Below the pieces are notes generated by a model. It saw nothing but the letters and a program-made list of their open reading frames with translations, was not told the origin of the DNA and did not search any database. The translations under genes were made by a program, and so were the position numbers. Shown here piece by piece: positions 42,519-51,613 of a DNA stretch of 64,000 nucleotides; positions within the stretch are counted from its first letter, which is position 1, and each line of letters begins with the position of its first letter. This DNA comes from Nanobdellota archaeon (GTDB taxonomy: Archaea > Nanobdellota > Nanobdellia > Tiddalikarchaeales > Tiddalikarchaeaceae), in NCBI GenBank assembly GCA_016931175.1, contig JAFGFH010000011.1, positions 2,854 through 66,853 on the forward strand, in the 5' to 3' direction.

Positions 42519-43409
42519 TTACAATAATATGTTTAGCAGATAAGAGAAGAATAATACCATTAAAGTGCTGATTATAGTATAATACGTAGCAGTTCTCTTT
42601 CCAAACACGGTGTCAAGCATTGTTAGTTCAGTAATGTCTGTTGTAACACCAACCATCATAACAGCAAAAACAACTCCTATATTAGCGCCTAATGAGTATA
42701 ATTCTCCCGCGAAGACGCCTAAACCTTCACCAACGGTTTCAACAATAGTTGCTAAAGGCACAGCGTAAACCACTGATAAAACGTTTAATCCGAAAATATT
42801 ACTCACATCAGAGGATGTCATGAATGTCTTAACAAGAGCGGCGAGCAATACACCTATTAACAAATTCTTGCCAACGAATAAGAATAAGTCAATTAACTCA
42901 TTCTGATTCGAGTGCTCTTTCAAGTACTTATCCTCTTCCTCACAATTGCAAGATTCAAGAACTGCTCTTGTTATCCTCTTAGGAGGTTCAAGAGTTTTCT
43001 TTTTCTCCAAGTAAGCAAAGATTAAACCAGTAACTACTGCAAGAATTATTGAAGCTATTAATAATATTAACGCCTTCAAAGGCCCGATATACGCGGTTAA
43101 GATTACAGACTGGAATAATCCCATCCAAGGGGTTGAGAGCAGCATGGTAATGCATGAAGCAGTAGTGGCTCCTTTCTTGCGAAGCCCTGCTATTACCGGC
43201 ACTGCTCCGTAACTGCACGCGCTTAACAATACACCCGTAAGGGATGAGTAAATAATAGTCTTCAACTTGTTCTTCCCGAAGACCTTGACAATATTCTCCT
43301 TAGGCACGAAGTATTGAACAAGGAAAGTGATAACAAAACCTGCCAATACGAAGACCCAAGTATTAACAATTATTGAATAAAAATTACTTAAAAACTCCTC
43401 CAAAACCAT
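42519..43409 (-). CDS. predicted permease (COG0701-like)
   Basis: Polytopic. 'SACSYGAVPVIAGLRKKGATTASCITMLLSTP' resembles the conserved Cys-containing loop of COG0701 permeases. Confidence 0.55.
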   Translation of the reverse strand: MVLEEFLSNFYSIIVNTWVFVLAGFVITFLVQYFVPKENIVKVFGKNKLKTIIYSSLTGVLLSACSYGAVPVIAGLRKKGATTASCITMLLSTPWMGLFQSVILTAYIGPLKALILLIASIILAVVTGLIFAYLEKKKTLEPPKRITRAVLESCNCEEEDKYLKEHSNQNELIDLFLFVGKNLLIGVLLAALVKTFMTSSDVSNIFGLNVLSVVYAVPLATIVETVGEGLGVFAGELYSLGANIGVVFAVMMVGVTTDITELTMLDTVFGKRTATYYTIISTLMVLFFSYLLNILL

Positions 43410-43435
43410 AGTAATAAAGTAAGAATTAAGGGTTT

Positions 43436-43442
43436 AAAAAAA
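43436..43442 (-). terminator. oligo-T tract downstream of tRNA-Trp
   Basis: The minus strand reads CCA-CTC-TTTTTTT-AAACC. Confidence 0.4.
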
Positions 43443-43445
43443 GAG

Positions 43446-43567
43446 TGGTGGGGCTGCGAGGATTTGAACCCCGATTTACTGGTTTCTTCAACGACGCAAA
43501 GCGCCTCAGCGCTCCACCAAAACATGTTGCTGGAGCCAGTTGCCCTGCCAGGTTAGACGACAGCCCC
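43446..43567 (-). tRNA. tRNA-Trp (anticodon CCA) with 46-nt intron at 37/38 (intron 43484..43529); CCA encoded
   Basis: Acceptor GGGGCTG/CAGCCCC, discriminator A, CCA encoded. D stem GTCT/GGGC (two G-U pairs) with A14, G18, G19 and A21. Anticodon stem ACTGG/CCAGT with loop CTCCAG|intron|A. T arm CGGGG-TTCAAAT-CCTCG. Mature length 76 nt. Confidence 0.88.
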
Positions 43568-43678
43568 ACAAAAACTAGGACAGGGATAAAGAATTATTGA
43601 AACATAAGATTTTATAAGATTTTGGTAGGCTAAGAAAAGATTTTTAAGCAAAATCTTCCCTTTTTATGGTACAATCTT

Positions 43679-45235
43679 ATGAACGAAGAACAACTGCATA
43701 AAAATGCATTATACTCATTAAATGGATCTATTGCTGATGCGAGAACGCAGTTAAGACGGCAGGGTGAAAAAGAGTTGCCTAATTACGTTGACGACTTTGA
43801 GCATTACATTATTGAAAAAGAAGGGCAAAGACTCTTGTTATACCCTACCGGCTTTTACGAATGCAGCGATGGAAATAACCGCGTCGCGGGAGTGTGCTTG
43901 GCTTATCACAAAGGAGGAGGCTTCATAATCGGAGGGTTTGTGTATGATGATAAAGAATTACTGGCCAGTCCAATAAAACACCCCTGCCATGCAGGAGGAG
44001 AATTCGGAGAGATTGGCATGCTAATGACTATTAGAAACTTAATGACTTACCTGCACCCGAATCTAAGACTATCTGCACCTTTCCAAGTTATACCTCATAT
44101 TAATAATGCTGTACAGGAGAGCGCTATGAGTAAAGGATTTACAATTAACGCCTTCAGGGAAGAACAAGAGTCAATACTAGAATTATCACTTAACAAATAC
44201 TTAGATAATTATTTAGCAATCAAAAAAGAAGGGAGTGATATTAGCAGAGGATTAATGTTTGACATACTGGGCAATTTCGTTAATTACGTTAACATCATAG
44301 GTGAAGAAGCGCTTGAAAGACTAGTAGACAACGTATCAGAGCCAGTATTCATGCCAATACTTGACGCCTTATGCGATGAGCAATTTACGGAAACAGGTTA
44401 CCCTATACTCAGCAGTTTCATAATTAAATCAGGAACGAAAATATTAAACAATCTCTTAAAAAACCAACCAAGAAGTGCAGTAAAAGAATTATACAAGTAT
44501 CACGTAACAATAGACGGCGAGCTATTTATACAATTTAAAAAATCTGAAAACCCCTCACTAAACGGGGCAATAAAATACTTATCCTTAAATGATTTGATAA
44601 ACAACCTTTCAAATTTTGAAGCAAAGATGATTAAAAAACTTGACTTGAACAATTACGGGGAAAAGTATAATAATCTTATTTGTGACGGATTAGGTTCTAT
44701 TCCTGAATCAATAACTAGACTGGTTAACTTAGAAGAATTAAGATTAAACAGGAATCCATTATTCAAATTCCCGGAAGAGATACTTGAATTAAAGAATTTA
44801 AAGTCTTTAATGATACAGAATATTAATATAAACGCATTACCTGAACGTATATACTTGTTATCAAAACTTGAAGATTTAACTATATCTAACAATAATTTAA
44901 AGTGCTTGCCTGAATCATTTTGGAACCTGAAAAATCTGAAAATATTAGATATAGTTGAAAATGAAATAAAGTCCATACCAGAAAGTATCAGAAACCTTGC
45001 AAATCTAAAACAATTATTTATAGGCAGCAACCCTCTCACTAATGTTCCGGAAGATATTGGTAATCTTTCAAAACTAGAATTTATCAGCATGCTTGGATTA
45101 AAAATAGAGGCAGTGCCGGATAGTATTATAAACAATTTTAGTACACCTGCTATTGAATGCCACTGGTACCGCAATGACTCTAAATCATTAAAAGAGTTCA
45201 ATTCTTTCATGATAAAACAGATCAAAGACAGATAA
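43679..45235 (+). CDS. leucine-rich repeat (LRR) protein with unknown ~330-aa N-terminal domain
   Basis: About seven 23-aa repeats of LxxLxxLxLxxNxLxxLPxxIxxL (e.g. 'LVNLEELRLNRNPLFKFPEEILE', 'LKNLKILDIVENEIKSIPESIRN'). No signal peptide or TM. Confidence 0.8.
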   Translation: MNEEQLHKNALYSLNGSIADARTQLRRQGEKELPNYVDDFEHYIIEKEGQRLLLYPTGFYECSDGNNRVAGVCLAYHKGGGFIIGGFVYDDKELLASPIKHPCHAGGEFGEIGMLMTIRNLMTYLHPNLRLSAPFQVIPHINNAVQESAMSKGFTINAFREEQESILELSLNKYLDNYLAIKKEGSDISRGLMFDILGNFVNYVNIIGEEALERLVDNVSEPVFMPILDALCDEQFTETGYPILSSFIIKSGTKILNNLLKNQPRSAVKELYKYHVTIDGELFIQFKKSENPSLNGAIKYLSLNDLINNLSNFEAKMIKKLDLNNYGEKYNNLICDGLGSIPESITRLVNLEELRLNRNPLFKFPEEILELKNLKSLMIQNININALPERIYLLSKLEDLTISNNNLKCLPESFWNLKNLKILDIVENEIKSIPESIRNLANLKQLFIGSNPLTNVPEDIGNLSKLEFISMLGLKIEAVPDSIINNFSTPAIECHWYRNDSKSLKEFNSFMIKQIKDR

Positions 45236-45281
45236 TTTTACCAAGACAAGTTTAATAAAACCTGAAAGAAAGACAATAATA

Positions 45282-48125
45282 ATGGATATTCACGTTATTG
45301 AAAAGAAGTGGGTGAAGAAGTGGAAGGATGCTAAAATCTTTGAAAGTGAGGTAGGTTCTAGAAAGAAATTCTTCGCAACCTTTCCTTACCCTTACGTTAA
45401 CTTAAGCCCTCACGTGGGCCACGCTTACAGTGCTATCCGCAATGATATGGTAATCAGGTTCTACCGCATGCTAGGATATAACACATTATTCCCTTTCGGT
45501 TTTCACGCAACAGGCGAGCCAATAGTCGGCGCAGCGAAGAGGGTGAAGAAAGGTGAAGAGTCGCAGATAAAAGCCTTCGAAAAAGCAGGTATTAAGAAAG
45601 AAGAGATTGAGAAATTCAAAGACCCTGAATTTATTGTAAAATACTTCGTTAACGAGTGGGTGAAGGACATGGGAGAGTTCGGACTCGCAGTGGACTGGAG
45701 AAGAAGCTTCTACACCACGAGCTTAAACCAAGAGTATAACGCTTTCGTAACATGGCAGTTCAACAAATTAAAAGAGAAAGGATTATTAGTGAAAGGCACG
45801 CATCCAGTAATCTACTGTCCTGAGTGTGACAGCGCGTGCGGAAGCCACGACAGGAAAGAAGGAGAGGATGCGACGATAGAAGAATACGTCTTGTTAAAAT
45901 TCAAACTCGGAGACGAGCACTTAATCGCTGCAACATTAAGGCCTGAGACAGTATTCGGGCAAACAAACTTATGGGTTAATCCTGACACGAGTTATGTAAG
46001 AATAAAAGTAGGCAAAGAGGAATGGGTTGTAAGCGAAATAGCTTATGAGAAACTAAAATGGCAGCAGAAAGACTTGGAAAAGTTAGGCAATGTGAAAGGA
46101 AGCACTCTAATAGGAAGATACGCAAAAGCCCCAATGATAAAAAAAGAGATAATAATATTGCCAGGCTTATTCGTAAACCCTAATGTTGGAACAGGCATAG
46201 TCACAAGCGTTCCAAGCGATGCACCTTTTGACTACATCGCTTTAAAAATGCTTCAAAGAGATGAAAATTTATGCAAAAAGTACGGATTAGATATTGAAGA
46301 GATTAAAAAAATAAAACCCATACCAATTATCAAAACTGAAGAGTTAGGAGAGTTCTCAGCAGAGAAAGCTTGCAATGATTACAAGATTAAAAGTTTAAAC
46401 CAGAAGGATTTGCTTGAAAAGGCTACGAAACACGTTTACAAAATAGGTTTTCATAAAGGAGTTATGAACAAAAACTGCGGAAAGTATGCAGGGAAGAAAG
46501 TGGAACTCGTCAAGGACAAGGTCAGCGAGGAGATGATAAAGAACAACGAAGCAGGCCTTCTGCACGAGATGAGCGAGCCGGTTGTTTGCAGGTGCTTAAC
46601 GAACTGCGTAATCAAAATATTAGAAAACCAGTGGTTCATAAAATACAGCGATGAAATTTGGAAGAAAAAAACTTTGAAGTGCTTGAATGATATGCGCGTA
46701 TTGCCTGAAGAGGCGCGCAATGTTATGAAAAATATGATAATCAAGATGAAGGACAAAGCGTGCGCGAGAAAAAGCGGACTTGGAACTCCTCTGCCCTGCG
46801 ACCCAAAATGCAATATTGAATGCTTAAGCGACAGCACGATTTACATGAGTTATTACATTATACAAAAACACGTTCATAATAAAGAAGTTAGTGTCAAGAA
46901 TATGAAGCCGGAATTCTTCGATTACGTGCTTCTCAAGAAAGGCGAGCCGAGGATAGTTGCTAAAAAGACGGGACTATCAGAGGAGTTAATTAAACAATTA
47001 AAAAAAGAGTTCGAGTACTGGTACCCTGTTGATTTAAGAAACAGCGGTAAAGACCTGCTAACGAATCACTTAATCTTCTTCTTATACAATCACACTGCTT
47101 TCTGGCCTGAAAAGTACTGGCCTAAGGCTATAGGCGCCAACGGGTGGGTAACGGTTGACGGTATGAAGATGAGCAAGAGCAAAGGCAACTTTGTAACATT
47201 AAGGGATGCTATTAATAAGTACGGCAACGACGCGAGCAGGTTAGCCTTCATGGACACTGGAGAGGGAATAAGCGATGCTGACTTCAGCACAAAAGCAGCG
47301 CTTAGTTTCAAAAACAAACTGGTTTCAATAATTGAACGCGTTGAGATGCTGAAAGACGTCAAAGGAAAAGATAAGGACGTTCTTGATGAGTGGTTGTTGT
47401 CAAAAGTTCAGAAGAGAATAAAGAATACCACAATTGCTTTGAAAGATTATTTGAACAGGACTGCATTAAAAGACAGTTTCCACGGGTTACTGAATGATGT
47501 TAATTATTACTATGACAAGAAGAAGAATTTAAACACTGAAACACTTAATTACTTCTGGAGCGTGTTCAGCAGGTTAAACGTTCCATTCATACCCCACACT
47601 TGCGAGGAAGTAAACGAATTATTAGGCAGTAAGGAATTCGTGCACAACTTGAAATACCCAGTCTTTGACAAGAAACTCGTAAATGAATCAGTTGAAGAAA
47701 ACGTTGAACTGTTAAAAGATATAAACTATGACGTGAAGAATATCATAAAATTAGTAGGGAAGAAGCCTAAGAATATTACATTAATCATAAGCCCAGCTTG
47801 GAAGTATGATTTCTTCAAAGAGTTCAAGAAAGCTTTTGAGAAGAAAAAGGATGTTAAGGAATTAATAAATCTCTTCATGAAACAAGAAGAGTATAAGAAG
47901 AACAGCAAGCAAATAATTGGGTTAATAAATGCACTAGTAAAAGATTTAAGCAAACTGCCTGATAAGGTTACAAATCAGAAGGAAGAGTTTGAAGCGTTCA
48001 ACAAAAATAAGAAGTTCATAGAAGAAGAGTTCAATTCTGAAGTAATCATTGTTAAAGCAGAGGACTCTAAAAATCTTAAGGCGCAAACCGCTATTCCTGG
48101 AAAGCCTGGGATATTAATCGAGTGA
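45282..48125 (+). CDS. leuS: leucyl-tRNA synthetase (archaeal/eukaryal type)
   Basis: HIGH-type 'PHVGHAYS', 'KMSKSKGN', a CP1 editing insertion, and 947 aa. Confidence 0.92.
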   Translation: MDIHVIEKKWVKKWKDAKIFESEVGSRKKFFATFPYPYVNLSPHVGHAYSAIRNDMVIRFYRMLGYNTLFPFGFHATGEPIVGAAKRVKKGEESQIKAFEKAGIKKEEIEKFKDPEFIVKYFVNEWVKDMGEFGLAVDWRRSFYTTSLNQEYNAFVTWQFNKLKEKGLLVKGTHPVIYCPECDSACGSHDRKEGEDATIEEYVLLKFKLGDEHLIAATLRPETVFGQTNLWVNPDTSYVRIKVGKEEWVVSEIAYEKLKWQQKDLEKLGNVKGSTLIGRYAKAPMIKKEIIILPGLFVNPNVGTGIVTSVPSDAPFDYIALKMLQRDENLCKKYGLDIEEIKKIKPIPIIKTEELGEFSAEKACNDYKIKSLNQKDLLEKATKHVYKIGFHKGVMNKNCGKYAGKKVELVKDKVSEEMIKNNEAGLLHEMSEPVVCRCLTNCVIKILENQWFIKYSDEIWKKKTLKCLNDMRVLPEEARNVMKNMIIKMKDKACARKSGLGTPLPCDPKCNIECLSDSTIYMSYYIIQKHVHNKEVSVKNMKPEFFDYVLLKKGEPRIVAKKTGLSEELIKQLKKEFEYWYPVDLRNSGKDLLTNHLIFFLYNHTAFWPEKYWPKAIGANGWVTVDGMKMSKSKGNFVTLRDAINKYGNDASRLAFMDTGEGISDADFSTKAALSFKNKLVSIIERVEMLKDVKGKDKDVLDEWLLSKVQKRIKNTTIALKDYLNRTALKDSFHGLLNDVNYYYDKKKNLNTETLNYFWSVFSRLNVPFIPHTCEEVNELLGSKEFVHNLKYPVFDKKLVNESVEENVELLKDINYDVKNIIKLVGKKPKNITLIISPAWKYDFFKEFKKAFEKKKDVKELINLFMKQEEYKKNSKQIIGLINALVKDLSKLPDKVTNQKEEFEAFNKNKKFIEEEFNSEVIIVKAEDSKNLKAQTAIPGKPGILIE

Positions 48126-48482
48126 ATCGTTCAAGTGCTTCCATTTGTTCTCAAAGAATTCTTTAAACTCTTCAACCTCTTCAGGTGTTGAATCCCTGAA
48201 GTTAACAATATTTCTTGGCCTGATTAAAGGTTCTTTAGTAAACAAGTTCATCAGATTAATATCGTAAGGGCTTGTCTCCTCTTCTTCAAAGTCAGGTTCT
48301 GTAGCAAAGTATTTTCCTTTATCTGTCTTAACTAATTGTTTAAGTATTGTATAAACGTTTGATTCTATAACAGGTTCATACTTTTCTTTGATTATCAAGT
48401 ATATTGTCTTAAGAACTTTTCTGCCTTTTTCATCATGGAAGTCATGAGCTTCACTAGTATCTCTTGTAATATATTTTTCCAT
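48114..48482 (-). CDS. hypothetical protein
   Basis: 122-aa acidic ORF, convergent with leuS (12-nt overlap). Confidence 0.45.
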   Translation of the reverse strand: MEKYITRDTSEAHDFHDEKGRKVLKTIYLIIKEKYEPVIESNVYTILKQLVKTDKGKYFATEPDFEEEETSPYDINLMNLFTKEPLIRPRNIVNFRDSTPEEVEEFKEFFENKWKHLNDSLD

Positions 48483-48517
48483 AAAATTAGAAGAAAAGAT
48501 TCTCTTTAAAAGAATTG

Positions 48518-48724
48518 TTATTCTACAACTTTCAAGCTTACGCCTGTCTTTTTTATCTTAGTTATGTATCCCGCGAGCCTGTTTCTTATCTTCTTGCTGT
48601 TAGTCTTAACTAATTCGTCCAGTTTCTTCTTATTAGACTCGAAGTCTTTGCTGAACTTTTCACTGAACTGGTCCATTACTTGCCTAACATTCCTTTTAAT
48701 AAACGTGTTTCTTACGCGCCCCAT
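48518..48724 (-). CDS. rps17e: 30S ribosomal protein S17e
   Basis: 'MGRVRNTFIKRNVRQVMDQFSEKFSKDFESNKK' matches the S17e N-terminal signature. 68 aa. Confidence 0.85.
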   Translation of the reverse strand: MGRVRNTFIKRNVRQVMDQFSEKFSKDFESNKKKLDELVKTNSKKIRNRLAGYITKIKKTGVSLKVVE

Positions 48725-48760
48725 AGTAAGACTAATAATTCAAAGAATACCTTATAAACT

Positions 48761-49177
48761 TTACTGTTTAGATAACACTTCTTGTTTTAATAACAAGTTA
48801 ACCAGTTTATCCCTGGCGCTAATACCTATAATGTGCTTCTTTTCAACCTTGACATTAATGAAATCATTCTTCGGTTTGGCAATGTTTGCAAGAATGAAAT
48901 TAACACTCCTGCCTCCGCTGTCCAAGTAAGCCATCATGCAAACCCTGGCGCACTCATTATTTTTGCTCTGCACTAACTTAACGTACTCGTTATTGCAGAA
49001 CTCATAAGGAACCAACTGCACGAAATCATCCTTTGAGACTAAGTCACTCTTCCCGTAATTGTTTCTAATAATCAAAGATGTTGCAAGCGCTAGTGAGAAA
49101 TCCCTCTCCTCCCCTTCAAATAAGTTAGTAAAATATTGAGGTTCCGTTTCTAAAACGCGGTTAAGTCTTAAAAGCAT
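48761..49177 (-). CDS. hypothetical protein
   Basis: 138-aa ORF with no motif recognised. Confidence 0.45.
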   Translation of the reverse strand: MLLRLNRVLETEPQYFTNLFEGEERDFSLALATSLIIRNNYGKSDLVSKDDFVQLVPYEFCNNEYVKLVQSKNNECARVCMMAYLDSGGRSVNFILANIAKPKNDFINVKVEKKHIIGISARDKLVNLLLKQEVLSKQ

Positions 49178-49210
49178 AAAATCTTTGTTAAATATTATTG
49201 TTTATAAATC

Positions 49211-50716
49211 TTATTGTATTGTGAATATTCTTCTTAACTGCAAAACTTTCCTGGCCCTGTCAAGCTTCTCTTTGCTCTCCGCGTGAATCCTCATCAACAA
49301 GTCCCCTTTCACAACACTGTCTGATAATTTAGCCTTCACGAAGACACCAGCTCCCTTATTATAAGGAGCGCCTGCAGCTCGGGCGCAGCTTGACAAAGCC
49401 TTATTATTAATTAAAGAAACAATTCCCGGATTCTCAGCCAAGACGTCAAACGTGTACTCTCCAACCTTAATATCCTCAAGCTTAACATCAGGGTCTCCTC
49501 CCTGAGCCTTAACAATGCGCTTGAACTGTTCATAAGCCTTGCCGCTGGCAAGTATCTCCCGCGCCATTTCAGAACCCTTGCCAACTGCTGCTTTGCCTGC
49601 AATCTCAAGCATGAAACCAGAGAATAAAATGCATTTTTCAATAAAATCTTTAGGCGCACTCTCATCATTGGTTAAAACCTTTAAAACGTCACGAGCTTCT
49701 AAAGCCGGGCCGACGCCGTTGCCGCAAGGCTGGCTCCCATTGCTTTCAATAGCATAAACTTTGACGCCTAATTTTTCACCTAACCTAGTGAAGGATTCAA
49801 CCAAGTCTGCAGCGTCTTCATGGCTTGGAACCTTAGTGCCTGGACCCATAGGCAAGTCTATAACAATATGAGTTGAGCCTACACTAATCTTCTTAGCCAT
49901 TATACTCGCAAGCAGTTGGCCTTCAGGGTCAATGCTTAAAGGCTTCTCAACCTTGATTATCTTATCATCAGCAGGCGCCAGGTTAAAACTGCCTCCCCAC
50001 ACCATGCAGCCTCCAACTTTTCTAACAATATTTTCAATCTTTCTCTTGGATAAAGTTACAGGAGCAAAGACTTCCATAGTATCCGCGGTTCCTGCAGGAC
50101 TAGTAATCGCTCTAGAACTAGTCTTAGGAATCTTCAAACCTGCGCTTGAAACAATAGGAATCATAACCATAGTAACCCTGTTGCCTGGAACTCCGCCAAT
50201 ACTGTGCTTGTCAAACACGGGCCCGTCGCCAATATTAAGCCTCTCACCAGTGTCAACCATTGCCTTAGTCAAATAATAAGTCTCTTCCATACTCAAGCCT
50301 TCACAGTAAGAAGCTGTTATGAACGCGGTGAGTTCAACGTCGTTCAAAGCATCATGAACTATGTCATTAACTATTGCTCTTAACTCTTCCTCGTTCAACT
50401 CTTCACCTTCAAGTTTTGCTCTTATGAAATCGAAACTCGCTGGTTTAGGCACGCCTTCAATAGAAACCTTCTTCCCTCTAACTAATCCTAAAGCATCCCA
50501 AGGCTCCACGAACAAGCCAATCTCTCCCTTTTTAATAGTAGTCCTGGTTAAATCAATACTGCAGATAACTTTCTTCTTACCATACTTAACCAATATTCTA
50601 TCCAAGTGCTTCAAATCCCTGTCCTTAGCCTCTTCAGTATTAAGAACAGCAATCTTAATTCCCGCAGTCTCAAAAGGAACTCTTACAACCTTTAACAAAT
50701 CATTCTTCATAACCAT
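49211..50716 (-). CDS. deoA: AMP phosphorylase (thymidine phosphorylase family, archaeal DeoA type)
   Basis: About 500 aa with an extra N-terminal domain. 'DKHSIGGVPGNRVTM' (compare TP 'HSTGGVGD') and 'TSSRAITSPAGTADTME'. Confidence 0.8.
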   Translation of the reverse strand: MVMKNDLLKVVRVPFETAGIKIAVLNTEEAKDRDLKHLDRILVKYGKKKVICSIDLTRTTIKKGEIGLFVEPWDALGLVRGKKVSIEGVPKPASFDFIRAKLEGEELNEEELRAIVNDIVHDALNDVELTAFITASYCEGLSMEETYYLTKAMVDTGERLNIGDGPVFDKHSIGGVPGNRVTMVMIPIVSSAGLKIPKTSSRAITSPAGTADTMEVFAPVTLSKRKIENIVRKVGGCMVWGGSFNLAPADDKIIKVEKPLSIDPEGQLLASIMAKKISVGSTHIVIDLPMGPGTKVPSHEDAADLVESFTRLGEKLGVKVYAIESNGSQPCGNGVGPALEARDVLKVLTNDESAPKDFIEKCILFSGFMLEIAGKAAVGKGSEMAREILASGKAYEQFKRIVKAQGGDPDVKLEDIKVGEYTFDVLAENPGIVSLINNKALSSCARAAGAPYNKGAGVFVKAKLSDSVVKGDLLMRIHAESKEKLDRARKVLQLRRIFTIQ

Positions 50717-50757
50717 ACTTAACTAAAAGAAGGTGATGGAATTTTTTAAAGTTTTAC

Positions 50758-51558
50758 TCATAACTTCTTGAAATCAATGCACCACCTGTAAGTGCCTGGG
50801 CCGATGTCTCCGCACTTAGTCTTTCGCAGTATCCTGCAATCACCTGCTCTCTTAATCTCCTTAACCCTGTCCTTCAACTCTTCATCATTAGCAAAGGTGT
50901 AGTAAAAGACTGTGCCTCCTACTTTGCAGTTCTTGAAAGCTGTTTTAAGAAAAGACTCTGAAAATTTTGGAATATTCATTATAACCTTGTCAGCCTTTAA
51001 TTTGAAACTCTTAGCATCCCTGTTATAAACCTCTATTCTTTTCTCATCCAATTTGTTAAGCTTGATGTTCTGCTCCAAGTAATACACTGCGTTCTTGTTC
51101 AAATCATTCATTATTACCTTCTTCGCCTTTGAAAACTTGGCAATAAGGATTGAATAAGGTCCTACTCCGCAGAACAAATCAGCAACAACGTCGCCTTTAT
51201 TAATCCTGGACAACACTCTTAACCTCTCCCCGCTCAACCTAGGCGTGAAGAAAGTCTTGTTCAAATCCAATTTTAACAATACGCCGTTCTCTTTATGCAA
51301 AGTCTCAGTAGTTTTCTCACCAACGAGTATTTTAACCGGGCGTATCCTGTACTCTCCCTGAGTAATATCAGACTTCTTAACAACAGTCTTAATATTCTTG
51401 AAACTGTGCAAAACCTTTTCTGCAATAATCTTCTCCTTAGATTTTAACTCTTCAGGAACTTCTAATTGTGCAATGCTTCCTACCTGGTCAAAACTCCTCT
51501 TAACCAGGCTTAACTCTTCTTTTGTTAAAACGTTCTTCAGCAAGTCTTTCAAACCCAT
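50758..51558 (-). CDS. trm5: tRNA (guanine37-N1)-methyltransferase Trm5 (short form)
   Basis: Met-10+ like: SAM site 'VADLFCGVGPYSI' and catalytic 'VIMNIPKFS' (NxP-type). Confidence 0.75.
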   Translation of the reverse strand: MGLKDLLKNVLTKEELSLVKRSFDQVGSIAQLEVPEELKSKEKIIAEKVLHSFKNIKTVVKKSDITQGEYRIRPVKILVGEKTTETLHKENGVLLKLDLNKTFFTPRLSGERLRVLSRINKGDVVADLFCGVGPYSILIAKFSKAKKVIMNDLNKNAVYYLEQNIKLNKLDEKRIEVYNRDAKSFKLKADKVIMNIPKFSESFLKTAFKNCKVGGTVFYYTFANDEELKDRVKEIKRAGDCRILRKTKCGDIGPGTYRWCIDFKKL

Positions 51559-51613
51559 AATAAATACTATGTTGTGATTAATTATATAAAAGACTATTGA
51601 ATCAAGCCTAATT

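Noticed and set aside
43484-43529. C/D-box guide RNA embedded in the tRNA-Trp intron (as in some Euryarchaeota)
   Set aside because: Only a CTGA and a degenerate TGAAGA are present, in the wrong order for a C...D arrangement, and there is no RUGAUGA box.
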